Source: a virus. From it: a stretch of 64,000 nt of DNA. Positions 36,689 to 45,475 of this stretch are shown here, in pieces (positions within the stretch are counted from its first letter, which is position 1; each line of letters begins with the position of its first letter). The stretch lies in the IMG/VR virus record IMGVR_UViG_3300025141_000026; one strand, 5' to 3'. Made by a program: the position numbers and the translations under genes. The notes beneath the pieces were generated by a model. The model made no database searches. It saw only the letters and a list, made by a program, of their open reading frames with translations, and was not told where the DNA came from.

Positions 36689-37963
36689 TTACCCCACAAA
36701 CACAGCAGCAGGTATTTGCTGCATAATTTTGTTTGAATTTTCAACAACCCCTGCACTATCTTCTGAAAGTTGTTGGTAAGTGAGTTGATTCAATACCTCT
36801 TTCAACTCCTCTCTTAATTTTTCCTGCTCTTCTTTACTTTGCGATATCAAATCAGACCCATTTAGCTGTATATCATTCCCCGGAATCGGTATTGAAGCAA
36901 ATTTTGATCTAACAAGACCTAGCATTTCTTTAGCTAATGCGAGGGCGAATCTTCTAATCCACTGCTTGCCAATACTGTTGATATTTGCATACGGTATATT
37001 TTGAAATGGAAGTGTGTTCATATTATTCACTCCGTCAATACCGGTATTGATATTTGGGTCATCCTCAGTATAAGGGTCAGAATCCACTGTAAACTCAACC
37101 CAGAAGGTGGTTGGAGAATAGTGATCTCTAGGAATAGGGAAGATCCTCAATTTATTATTTTTCAATTCATATGACCAATGTGACAGCCTTGTATATAACG
37201 CATCTTCATAAGCCATCGCCTGAGCCTTGTTTTGCCAAGTTGGGACTATCTGAAATGTTGAATCATCTGCATACTGTCCATATGTTGACAGGTTACCTAC
37301 GACATTCAAGCCCCCGTAGTAGCCATAAAATCTCCACATAGATGCAGGAGTTTTATAGAAAACTTTTCTAATTGTTACTTTTTTATTCGTAACTTTTCCA
37401 TAATAGGGCACACTAGCAGAAAGAGCAGAAGACCCTGAAATGATTTGTTGTAAATCATAGTCTTGCATACCACCTGTCATACTGAACGAGGCAGAATATA
37501 TTGGCGTAGTGCCCCCAATCCCAGCCTCGGTTGATATTCCGTTGGCTACAGTTTTAGCATATGCAAAATTGAATTTTGGGTACTTTAGCTCAATATTAGA
37601 TCCAGATAGACTTGTACCAGTTTCAAACTGACCGTCTTGGTCAAAAGTGCCTGTTGTTGCCCCCATCAAATCGGATAAGACATTCTTAGCTTGATGAGAA
37701 TTTACAATATATGAATACTCTAAAACAGCCTCTTCGTAAGCAGAATATATTTGGTGTTCTGTAATTTCTAAATCTAATACATCTCCCCCTAATTTTTTAT
37801 AGGTGTATGCAACTTGATCAACGGCTCCCGAAACAAAAGCAGTAGAAGTATACACTCCAAATGGTAACGGATTTGTTTCTGAGTTAACATTAGAGTGTGT
37901 GCCAGTGATTGGCAAAACAATAGCACTTGTTGTGCTAGCGGGTGTTAGTGTTGGGGCAGACAT
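36689..37963 (-). CDS. Neck protein (gp13-like)
   Basis: KKLGGDVLDLEIT; WIRRFALALAKEMLGLVRSKF...IPG...LNG. Confidence 0.8.
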   Translation of the reverse strand: MSAPTLTPASTTSAIVLPITGTHSNVNSETNPLPFGVYTSTAFVSGAVDQVAYTYKKLGGDVLDLEITEHQIYSAYEEAVLEYSYIVNSHQAKNVLSDLMGATTGTFDQDGQFETGTSLSGSNIELKYPKFNFAYAKTVANGISTEAGIGGTTPIYSASFSMTGGMQDYDLQQIISGSSALSASVPYYGKVTNKKVTIRKVFYKTPASMWRFYGYYGGLNVVGNLSTYGQYADDSTFQIVPTWQNKAQAMAYEDALYTRLSHWSYELKNNKLRIFPIPRDHYSPTTFWVEFTVDSDPYTEDDPNINTGIDGVNNMNTLPFQNIPYANINSIGKQWIRRFALALAKEMLGLVRSKFASIPIPGNDIQLNGSDLISQSKEEQEKLREELKEVLNQLTYQQLSEDSAGVVENSNKIMQQIPAAVFVG

Positions 37964-37980
37964 GCATAGATTCCTCCATT

Positions 37981-37990
37981 TATAAATAGC
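37981..37990 (-). promoter_or_regulatory. Putative late promoter GCTATTTATA upstream of the neck gene
   Basis: Recurrent motif just upstream of a GGAGG RBS and downstream of the capsid terminator. Confidence 0.65.
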
Positions 37991-38012
37991 TTGACGTTGT
38001 AGTAATAGAAAT

Positions 38013-38050
38013 AAAAAAACCCCGCTTCCAACCGAAATCAGAAGCAGGGT
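38013..38050 (-). terminator. Intrinsic terminator after the major capsid gene
   Basis: ACCCTGCTTC...GAAGCGGGGT followed by a T run. Confidence 0.8.
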
Positions 38051-38081
38051 CTTGTTTTTGTTACAGTTTGGTTAGTCGTTA

Positions 38082-39932
38082 TTAATCAACAAGATTGTGA
38101 CAAATAACCAATCCGTACATATCAGGACGTACCATCTTCTTAGCATAGCGTGTCATGACACCCTTACGCGGCACGAAGTCTTCCGTACCAAAGATGGTAG
38201 GAGTGACTTGGAGCGGCACGTATGGAGCGTACACATATCCACTTTCTAAGAAGCTTCCACCCTTGCGTCCAACAAGGATGACGTTTCTGATAAAGTAAGG
38301 ATCGACATAAATGTCAAACTTCTTACTAATCTGACCAACTTTTACAGCACCTGCGGAACCCTTTGGAGTGTCAGCAGCAACGCTTGCGCGGAAGCCACTA
38401 GTGAACTCAAGAATGTTCGCAACTTCTGGGGAACAAACTAAGAAGTTTGCGCCACCACGGAGTGTCTTTCTATGGATTTGAGCAGAAACATCATTGACTG
38501 TTTCGATCAAAGTTTCATACCATTCAGACACAGTACCTGTGAAGTCAGGTGGAGTAGTAGTGTTATCAATCTTGACACCAGATTCTCTGTTCAAGAATTG
38601 ACCCGGACGACGTGACCAGTGAAGAGTTGCAGCGGATGCACCCTTTACAAGATCATTGAGCAACTCACGGTCGATTTCAAGAGCAATTTGCTCAGAAAGG
38701 ATGCTTGTAAGCTCAACTTCTGCATCAAGGTTGTGGTAAGCTTGGAGATCTTGTCCAAGTTCTGGAGTCCACTTAGCCTTGAGCTTTTTAGTCACGGCAG
38801 TCACACTAACGGAATCAACTTTGATGTCGATCTCTGGAATAAGGTCAACTTGATTTCCGTTGAATTCACCAGCGGCAGCGGCTGCACCTTCAAGACCCCA
38901 CGGGGAAGTACCTGCAAGTGCTCCAAGTGCATCAGTACCAGCAACCTCAAATGCATCTGCGCGAGCAAAGGCAACTTGTGCGGTGGTACCGACATTGTTA
39001 AGTGCAGCAGACAGGTTAGTTGTCATTGCAGAAGTACCAGCGGAAGCCGTTCCTTCAAAAACAAGAATAATTGAAGTATCCGTTGTGTTTCCAAGGTCAA
39101 GAGCATTTACAGACTTACCAGCGCTAGCAGCACTACGACCCTTGAGTGTGGTCAAGCGGCGGACTTGGCGTCCCTGCTCCATGTCGCCACTACCGGTGTA
39201 TACAACAGTGATAAGATCGTTGCGATTGAATGCACCTTTAAGGTTTGCACAGGTTGCACTAAGGACAACAACAGACTTTCCTTGAAGATCTGGATCGTAA
39301 TTTACGAGATCGCTCAAGTAAGTAGTTGCGCCACCAAGTGAAGCCGGTGTCAAAGCGTTTTCAGCATCGTCATCAACACCAGACCCAACAACACCTTGGG
39401 CAATTTCGGCTACAGAAGCCAATGCCACGGTTCCCGTTGGGGATGAGTAACCATTGTTAAGCGCATAAAAGCTGCGTTCCGCAGCGGCTGCTGCTTTGTT
39501 TCCAGCACCGCCAAGGTTTACGCCGCCTGTAAGCTGTGCTCCGACAACTCCACCACCGTAAAGTGATTCATTCCGCCCTTGATCCAAGCGAGCATTGCTC
39601 AATGTGAAATCAAGGAAGAAAATGAGTCCCGATGGGAGACTCATTGGTTGAACTGAAATAAGTTCGTTAGCAACCAAGCTACCGAATACACGGCGAACGA
39701 TTGGAAATGCTACAGCAGCGAAGCCTTGAACGTCTCCGTGTGCCATGGATGAACTCTCACGAAGAAGTTCCTTCGCTTGGTTCTCTAAGAGGCGTGACAT
39801 AGACGCCTTTGTGCTATCGTTATCTAAACCTTCAAGAAGCCCGGTCTTTTCCCACTTATCAAGCAGGGCAGTACCTTCTTTCTGGAGGTCACGATTAACA
39901 ATACCTTCTGTTAATTTATCTAAAACTGACAT
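38082..39932 (-). CDS. Major capsid protein (gp23-like)
   Basis: LLENQ, PIVRRVF, VQPMSLPSG, KLKAKWTPELGQDL, EIDRE, YAPYVPL, GVMTRY. Confidence 0.96.
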   Translation of the reverse strand: MSVLDKLTEGIVNRDLQKEGTALLDKWEKTGLLEGLDNDSTKASMSRLLENQAKELLRESSSMAHGDVQGFAAVAFPIVRRVFGSLVANELISVQPMSLPSGLIFFLDFTLSNARLDQGRNESLYGGGVVGAQLTGGVNLGGAGNKAAAAAERSFYALNNGYSSPTGTVALASVAEIAQGVVGSGVDDDAENALTPASLGGATTYLSDLVNYDPDLQGKSVVVLSATCANLKGAFNRNDLITVVYTGSGDMEQGRQVRRLTTLKGRSAASAGKSVNALDLGNTTDTSIILVFEGTASAGTSAMTTNLSAALNNVGTTAQVAFARADAFEVAGTDALGALAGTSPWGLEGAAAAAGEFNGNQVDLIPEIDIKVDSVSVTAVTKKLKAKWTPELGQDLQAYHNLDAEVELTSILSEQIALEIDRELLNDLVKGASAATLHWSRRPGQFLNRESGVKIDNTTTPPDFTGTVSEWYETLIETVNDVSAQIHRKTLRGGANFLVCSPEVANILEFTSGFRASVAADTPKGSAGAVKVGQISKKFDIYVDPYFIRNVILVGRKGGSFLESGYVYAPYVPLQVTPTIFGTEDFVPRKGVMTRYAKKMVRPDMYGLVICHNLVD

Positions 39933-39948
39933 AGTTTTTTCTCCTTTT

Positions 39949-40968
39949 TTAGTTAATACCAGCTAAAATTTTCATCCTATCCGAATGTGGATTGGAATCC
40001 TTTTCTATCCTTCTAGGTAATGTTGTTGACCTTCTCTCAACTGCCTCGCTAAGTGATTTTGGCGCAACCTTTTTATTTGGTTGTGCTCCCACCGTGCTTT
40101 GAAGTGCCTCGAAAATTGTCTTTGTCTCTTCCACAGAACCAGACTTCATGATTGCCTCGACAATTTTATTCTTTTGTCGCTCATTCAACGAGTCGTCAAC
40201 CAAGACTTGGTTTGTGTAGAGTAGTTTTGCATTCTGAAGATTTACCTCCGTCAAGGTGTTCTTCATTTGCAAAAGCATTTCTTTGTATTTATCGGCTTTC
40301 TCTTCGAGTCGATAAATTTCTTTCTCAGCGCCCTCTAATACCTTTAGAGCTTCGCTGAGATCTTCATCTTCTTTTTCCTCTTCTTCTAGTTCTTTAACGT
40401 CAAGAGGTTCTTCAACTTTAGTTTGAAGAATATCAATTTCATGCTCAACGCTTGAATCTGGTCTTTGTAGCCAGCCAGCCTTTGTAGGCTCCATATCAAG
40501 TGTGAGTTCTTCTAAGATGTCTACAAGTTCTTCTTCAGTGATTTGAATGTCTTCTTCGAGTTCCTCTTCATCAAGACTCTCTGCTAGTGGAGAGTCTAGT
40601 GCGGGAATTCCCCCCCCCGCCTCACTATCTGTCGCCTGCATTTGTTGTGCCAATTGATCGAAGTCAATTTCAACTTCTTCTTCGTCGTCTGGGCATGGGC
40701 ACAGTTTATCACCTTCTGTGGAAGCAAGTGGCATCTGTTGTGCCAGATCCTCGCTGGACTCCAAGCCTCCGTCCAGACCAAGATCACCTTCATCATCGAG
40801 TAGCTCTTCATCTTCAAGGGGGTCCTCTTCGTCTTGTTCCAAAAGTGCTTCAACAGCGTTTTTAATTTCTGATTGGTACTTTTCAATAACGGATTGTTCC
40901 GCATTTTGTAGCGCAGCTTCTTTGAGTGCTTCTGCATCAACAATTGCTTGTTCTAACATATTAGACAT
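39949..40968 (-). CDS. Prohead scaffold protein (gp22-like)
   Basis: Acidic coiled-coil protein directly upstream of the capsid gene; many L-x-E sites. Confidence 0.75.
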   Translation of the reverse strand: MSNMLEQAIVDAEALKEAALQNAEQSVIEKYQSEIKNAVEALLEQDEEDPLEDEELLDDEGDLGLDGGLESSEDLAQQMPLASTEGDKLCPCPDDEEEVEIDFDQLAQQMQATDSEAGGGIPALDSPLAESLDEEELEEDIQITEEELVDILEELTLDMEPTKAGWLQRPDSSVEHEIDILQTKVEEPLDVKELEEEEKEDEDLSEALKVLEGAEKEIYRLEEKADKYKEMLLQMKNTLTEVNLQNAKLLYTNQVLVDDSLNERQKNKIVEAIMKSGSVEETKTIFEALQSTVGAQPNKKVAPKSLSEAVERRSTTLPRRIEKDSNPHSDRMKILAGIN

Positions 40969-41013
40969 TTTTTTGCTCCTGTACTTAAGTGCTTGTAGAT
41001 ATATTACATCGTT

Positions 41014-41023
41014 TATAATTAGT
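41014..41023 (-). promoter_or_regulatory. Putative late promoter ACTAATTATA upstream of scaffold/capsid
   Basis: Recurrent motif. Confidence 0.6.
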
Positions 41024-41046
41024 GGATAAAAAGCGAAAAAGCCTTT

Positions 41047-42000
41047 TTAGTTTATATCGGCGTATCCGTATATTTGTTGGATGGCTTTTAAGATCATCTG
41101 CCTCTCTTTTAGTGAATAATGCCTGTTGGAGAACATGATGAATCCAATGTCGCCCTGAAGGAATCCATTATGGATATTTTTGAACACCCTCATCTGGTCG
41201 GCATCGAAGCCTTTTGCAGCCATTGTGTTTGACGCACTGGTGGTCACTTTGTTCTCGTTGAACCCATTTCTCGTTGTTGGATTAATTCCGCTAACGGCTT
41301 CTTTATCATAGGCTAACATCGTAAAGGTGTCTGCGGCTCCGGTCTGACCGGCATTTATCTGCCACTCGTAATATGATAACATAAACTGCCCTGCTGCTGT
41401 AGGTAATTCAGGGGGTGTAGAGCCAGCAGTTCCAGTCACATTATAATAATTATCAGTATTGAAGTTATCAGGGTCAACTCTTCCGAAGACCTCGACTCTG
41501 ATTTGATCCGGAGTCGCTTGATTGTAGGCTGCAAGACCAAATCTTGACTTTGGAGCAACCCCACCTGAATCTGCTCCGAATGGACCTTGATCTGTATCGT
41601 TTGCTGTTGCCTTGAATAACAAATATACACTGGGTGTGCTTGTCCAATCTATGTTTGCCTCTGCATCGCTAGCGTCGGCGGTTCTAAAAACATCATCGGA
41701 GCCGTCGCCTCGCAAAGTAGGGCGACCATTTAGACCGCTGTGGATATAGTGTGGTTTTGCATCGGCAGTTGCTTGATAAAGTTTTGTTTGGTCTGGTCCT
41801 TTATCAAACCACGATGTGACATCAGCGTCGTTTGCAATGCCGGATAGTTCTGGTTGTGTGGCATCATACCAGCCCTTAATATCGCTGGCACCGAAATGTC
41901 GGATGATTCTATCTGGACCTACGTCAGCAACTCGGCGTTTTCCAGCCTGAGTGGAAGAGATAGATTTTGCTCTTTTAGATCCAAGACCATTCCTGTTCAT
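41047..42000 (-). CDS. Putative virion protein with ConA/LamG-like lectin fold
   Basis: WYDA...VTSWFDKG...LNGRPTLRGDG...GDI...SLKER pattern. Confidence 0.5.
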   Translation of the reverse strand: MNRNGLGSKRAKSISSTQAGKRRVADVGPDRIIRHFGASDIKGWYDATQPELSGIANDADVTSWFDKGPDQTKLYQATADAKPHYIHSGLNGRPTLRGDGSDDVFRTADASDAEANIDWTSTPSVYLLFKATANDTDQGPFGADSGGVAPKSRFGLAAYNQATPDQIRVEVFGRVDPDNFNTDNYYNVTGTAGSTPPELPTAAGQFMLSYYEWQINAGQTGAADTFTMLAYDKEAVSGINPTTRNGFNENKVTTSASNTMAAKGFDADQMRVFKNIHNGFLQGDIGFIMFSNRHYSLKERQMILKAIQQIYGYADIN

Positions 42001-42003
42001 TCA

Positions 42004-42420
42004 CTAGCCCACCCCGACAGAGCCAGACCAATTAGCTCTCAGTTCTCTTGGTTGGATGCCTGTAAGACCAGCCACAATAGAGGCTGATGTTTCTGATGCG
42101 GTGTCGCTCAAGAGATAAAGATTTGTAACCCTAAACTCCCCAGTATAAGAGTCTCCGTTGTCCAGTGTAAAGTAGTAATTACCACTCCCCGCTGCTGCTC
42201 CTATGACCCCCAAGGAGCTAAAACCAAATCTTAGCGGAACGTTTGCACCCGTGTTAGTGTTTGAAATTGTTACGAATTTAGTAACAAAAGGAAAAGCTAC
42301 TTCTGTGGGGGTACTCCCGGCAGCCGCCACGTTAAAAGAGGCTGTTGCATATGGTATACCAGAAATCTGATATGACCCAACATTTCCCAAGCCTTTTGAA
42401 TATTGATAATAATTGCCCAT
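42004..42420 (-). CDS. Putative virion structural / decoration protein
   Basis: G/S/T/A-rich, beta-type composition, inside the head cluster. Confidence 0.5.
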   Translation of the reverse strand: MGNYYQYSKGLGNVGSYQISGIPYATASFNVAAAGSTPTEVAFPFVTKFVTISNTNTGANVPLRFGFSSLGVIGAAAGSGNYYFTLDNGDSYTGEFRVTNLYLLSDTASETSASIVAGLTGIQPRELRANWSGSVGVG

Positions 42421-42660
42421 TTATCTTCCCCTCTCTAATTGTAATTCTTTTGCCTTTTTATTGGCTACTTCTCTTTCGTGCGCTCTTTTTCGAGCTTGTC
42501 TAATTCTTCTATTTTTATCAGATTTTTTTTCGTGAAACTTGCGTTCCCTAATTTCTTCCATTACTCCGGATTTTTTTACTTTTCTAATAAATCTCTTTAT
42601 CATCCTTTCTGGATGCTCTCCGGGTCTTAAAGTAACTTCTACATTAACTGGTTTAGCCAT
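42421..42660 (-). CDS. rpsU: Ribosomal protein bS21 homologue
   Basis: GEHPERMIKRFIRKVKKSGVMEEIRERKFHEKKS; 79 aa, basic. Confidence 0.85.
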   Translation of the reverse strand: MAKPVNVEVTLRPGEHPERMIKRFIRKVKKSGVMEEIRERKFHEKKSDKNRRIRQARKRAHEREVANKKAKELQLERGR

Positions 42661-43078
42661 TTTTTATTTCTCTCCAAGTGTCGCCAAATATTCCTGCGAG
42701 ATCAGATATATCAACACCGGGGTCGCGTGGATCTACTCCACTTAGTGCCCCTTTTGGGTTTGTTGTTCCAACTTCTCCCGCTGCTGACAGGGGGTTTGTT
42801 CCTTCAAAAACGTTAACCCCGTTCATAGAATCTCTGCCGATTGCATCTAACATTTTTTGTCTCTGCTCTTTTAGGTTTGATAAAGCCTCAGACTCTCTTT
42901 TATTTACAGAGGGCTGTGTAATCTCCTTTTTAGGTTGTTCCACAATTGTCTCTGTAGATGATAACCCCAGAGCAACCTCTGAAATAACTTTGGACAAAAC
43001 GCCATCCTCCAAAAGAGACTCTTGTATGCACTCTTTTACAATGGGTTTTATCAGTCTTTTGAGATCCGATTTTCTCAT
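42653..43078 (-). CDS. Hypothetical head-cluster protein
   Basis: N-terminus MRKSDLKRLIKPIVKECIQE resembles the second leader class. Confidence 0.65.
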   Translation of the reverse strand: MRKSDLKRLIKPIVKECIQESLLEDGVLSKVISEVALGLSSTETIVEQPKKEITQPSVNKRESEALSNLKEQRQKMLDAIGRDSMNGVNVFEGTNPLSAAGEVGTTNPKGALSGVDPRDPGVDISDLAGIFGDTWREIKNG

Positions 43079-43681
43079 TTAGTCCTCCAAGACATAATTC
43101 AAAGCACGATTGATTCTATCTGCTTTCGTAAATATTTGTTTTTCAACGCCTTCCTGCAATCCCATATAAGCGCCGGGTGTTGATGGTTCAGAAACAAAGT
43201 CAAAACAAATGAGTTGAAAATCTTCTTGAACCGTTACGGTGCCATTTGTACCTTCAGATACAGAACCAAGACCTCTAGAGGAAATGCCTAGAGAGACACC
43301 GGAGTCAACCAAAGATCGAAGAACGTTGCCTGATGGGGTATCTAATACTTTGACCTTACCCATGACAGAGTTTCCATCCCACCACACATCTGTAACAAGG
43401 TGGGAAGCGTTCTTAAGATTGATTACGGAATCATCTGGGTGGTCTAATTCACCCAAAGCCCTTCGTTCTTTGACAAGCTTGTCATAGTTTTGCATCTCGC
43501 GACGTAATACCTTTTGAGGATATACTCTGCCATTTCCATTTTGAACTTCAGCCTCTTGTAACTTACCGGTAAGAATCATTCCCCCATTAGATACAAATTT
43601 CTTTTCTTCTTCCGTGAGGAGATCTTGGCAAACACCACCTTCACAAAGTTCATAATATTCTCTCAAAAGTTTCTTTGACAT
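43079..43681 (-). CDS. Prohead protease (gp21-like)
   Basis: NGNGRVYP, GELDHP, ASH, LGISSRGLGS, DFVSEPS. Confidence 0.95.
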   Translation of the reverse strand: MSKKLLREYYELCEGGVCQDLLTEEEKKFVSNGGMILTGKLQEAEVQNGNGRVYPQKVLRREMQNYDKLVKERRALGELDHPDDSVINLKNASHLVTDVWWDGNSVMGKVKVLDTPSGNVLRSLVDSGVSLGISSRGLGSVSEGTNGTVTVQEDFQLICFDFVSEPSTPGAYMGLQEGVEKQIFTKADRINRALNYVLED

Positions 43682-43716
43682 AATCTATTTCCTTATACGG
43701 GCGTGACCCGTCTGAG

Positions 43717-43767
43717 CTAGGACCCTTTACAACATCTTCTAACTGGTTGTAATTTCCAACGCTTCAT
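43717..43767 (-). CDS. 16-aa peptide MKRWKLQPVRRCCKGS (below the ORF-track cut-off)
   Basis: GGAGG RBS 5 nt upstream of ATG; coupled to the upstream stop; hairpin follows the TAG. Confidence 0.55.
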   Translation of the reverse strand: MKRWKLQPVRRCCKGS

Positions 43768-43768
43768 G

Positions 43769-44077
43769 TTATCCTCCGTTGATTTTTATACCAGAATCAT
43801 CAAAAATCATGCTAATAATATATGATGTTCCAGAAGCTAGCCAACCTAGAATCAATAAATTGGCGATATTATAATCAAATGTAAATAGTTCTGTAAAACC
43901 GTTTATACCAAACAAAAAGACTCCAGCCCAGAAGCCTGTGCACATGGGGCAATGAACGAGCTTGCCAAGCCATTCAGACTTCTCTAGAATGTACTCTCTT
44001 TGTTTTTCAAATATGCTGCCGTAGACTAGGATTTGAGTCAATCCGTATGAAGTGAGAATAAAATATAAAAGTTCCAA
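43769..44077 (-). CDS. Small membrane protein with CxxC (DUF1360-like)
   Basis: Three hydrophobic segments, HCPMCTGFW; probable TTG start 44077 after AGAGAGGT. Confidence 0.65.
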   Translation of the reverse strand: MELLYFILTSYGLTQILVYGSIFEKQREYILEKSEWLGKLVHCPMCTGFWAGVFLFGINGFTELFTFDYNIANLLILGWLASGTSYIISMIFDDSGIKINGG

Positions 44078-44090
44078 AATACCTCTCTTG

Positions 44091-44651
44091 TTATCTGTAT
44101 TCGTAATATAACCCGTATGGAGCCATGCCGGGGAAGATTGAGCCTTTTGTTTCCTCTTGTGGGACCTCTCCAAGCTCAGTGGAGTGTTCTGCGTCTGGTT
44201 CGATCAACTCTTCTTCAAATTGATCATGATGTGCTTTCACATATTCGTAGTATGGCTTTTCTTCTTCTAAAAATTTAGAAATGTTGTACAAAACACTTTG
44301 AGTGGAATCGACGCCTTCCACTTTTGATTCTGGTATTACGCCCTCCAAGGAGTTATATACATTACCTCCTTGCACGGAATCTAATTGTATGACTCCTTTA
44401 TTTCTTAAGAAAGAAAATAATCGATCTTGAGCTTCGTAGACATGCTTGCTGTGCGTTTCTTTGGCAAAAGATACAACCTTATTAGTCTCAGGTAAAATAG
44501 CAATATCAATCTCTGGGTGGTCAAAAATCATATAATTTCCATCCAGAGTCTTTCTAATGTTCATAGAAACAGTTGCTTGGGGCTCTTGCTTAACCTCTTC
44601 TTGTGGTGCTTCTTTTTGGGCGGCTGCGCCTATTTTTAGTGTTAGTGCCAT
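44091..44651 (-). CDS. Hypothetical protein
   Basis: Coupled ORF in the head cluster. Confidence 0.65.
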   Translation of the reverse strand: MALTLKIGAAAQKEAPQEEVKQEPQATVSMNIRKTLDGNYMIFDHPEIDIAILPETNKVVSFAKETHSKHVYEAQDRLFSFLRNKGVIQLDSVQGGNVYNSLEGVIPESKVEGVDSTQSVLYNISKFLEEEKPYYEYVKAHHDQFEEELIEPDAEHSTELGEVPQEETKGSIFPGMAPYGLYYEYR

Positions 44652-45475
44652 TAGTCTTGTATCTCTCTAGCTAAGTTTTGCACTCTCAAGACTTTCTTTA
44701 CCATATCCATTGATACGGGGCTTTCCTTAAAAGACTCAAGAATATTGAAAATTGCTTTGCTCTTTTGAAGCATTTCTGTGTCCTCTGATATTTCTTTTAC
44801 ATCGCTGCTTTCGGAAAGAACATTTTTCAATCTTCCGATTTCCTCATTCAAGTATATGTTCAAATCAAGACCATTGTCTGAAAAGGACATGACATATTTT
44901 TTAAGTAGCTTCTTTTGCTCCTCGTGCAGTTCTGCTGATTCGTATTGCTTATTGTATCGCTCAACAAATTTTTTGATTATTAAATTATCGACCTTGCCGC
45001 TCTTGCTTTCTGTCAATTCATTAGAAGAGGTTAGTGTATCTAGAATTGTAGCCTCTAACAAGACTTTCTTTTTTGGGGACAACGAATCATTGAATATTTG
45101 ATGTATTGTTGCTATGCTTTTATAATTTGGCACGAATTGAGAAAATACATCAGGCGTAAGTTCTTTATTGATTTTATTGATTAGAGCACTTTGCTCTTGA
45201 AATATTTTATCTTTGTCCAATTGATTGTACTGACCCTTTGCCTCATAAATCAATTTTTCAGCAATGTACGGCTCAAGCCCTGAATTTTCTTGTAAGGATT
45301 TATAAATTTCTAATTCTTTTTTCAGGAGGGTGCCTTTTCCAAAATGTTCCTTAACAATCTTGCTGATTTTTATTCCATGATCAGATCTTTTCTGTATGAC
45401 GGATTTTGTCAACTCCCTGACCAAAACCTCAAACAAGAATGCGGTATTTCTTTTTTTATTATGCTTTAGCTTCAT
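44651..45475 (-). CDS. Hypothetical helical protein downstream of portal
   Basis: 274-aa coupled ORF. Confidence 0.7.
   Translation of the reverse strand: MKLKHNKKRNTAFLFEVLVRELTKSVIQKRSDHGIKISKIVKEHFGKGTLLKKELEIYKSLQENSGLEPYIAEKLIYEAKGQYNQLDKDKIFQEQSALINKINKELTPDVFSQFVPNYKSIATIHQIFNDSLSPKKKVLLEATILDTLTSSNELTESKSGKVDNLIIKKFVERYNKQYESAELHEEQKKLLKKYVMSFSDNGLDLNIYLNEEIGRLKNVLSESSDVKEISEDTEMLQKSKAIFNILESFKESPVSMDMVKKVLRVQNLAREIQD

Noticed and set aside
44078-44173. Longest-ORF N-terminal extensions (also 2762-2845, 13189-13230, 19716-19763)
   Set aside because: Downstream starts have clear SD sites and avoid overlap with neighbouring genes or promoter regions.
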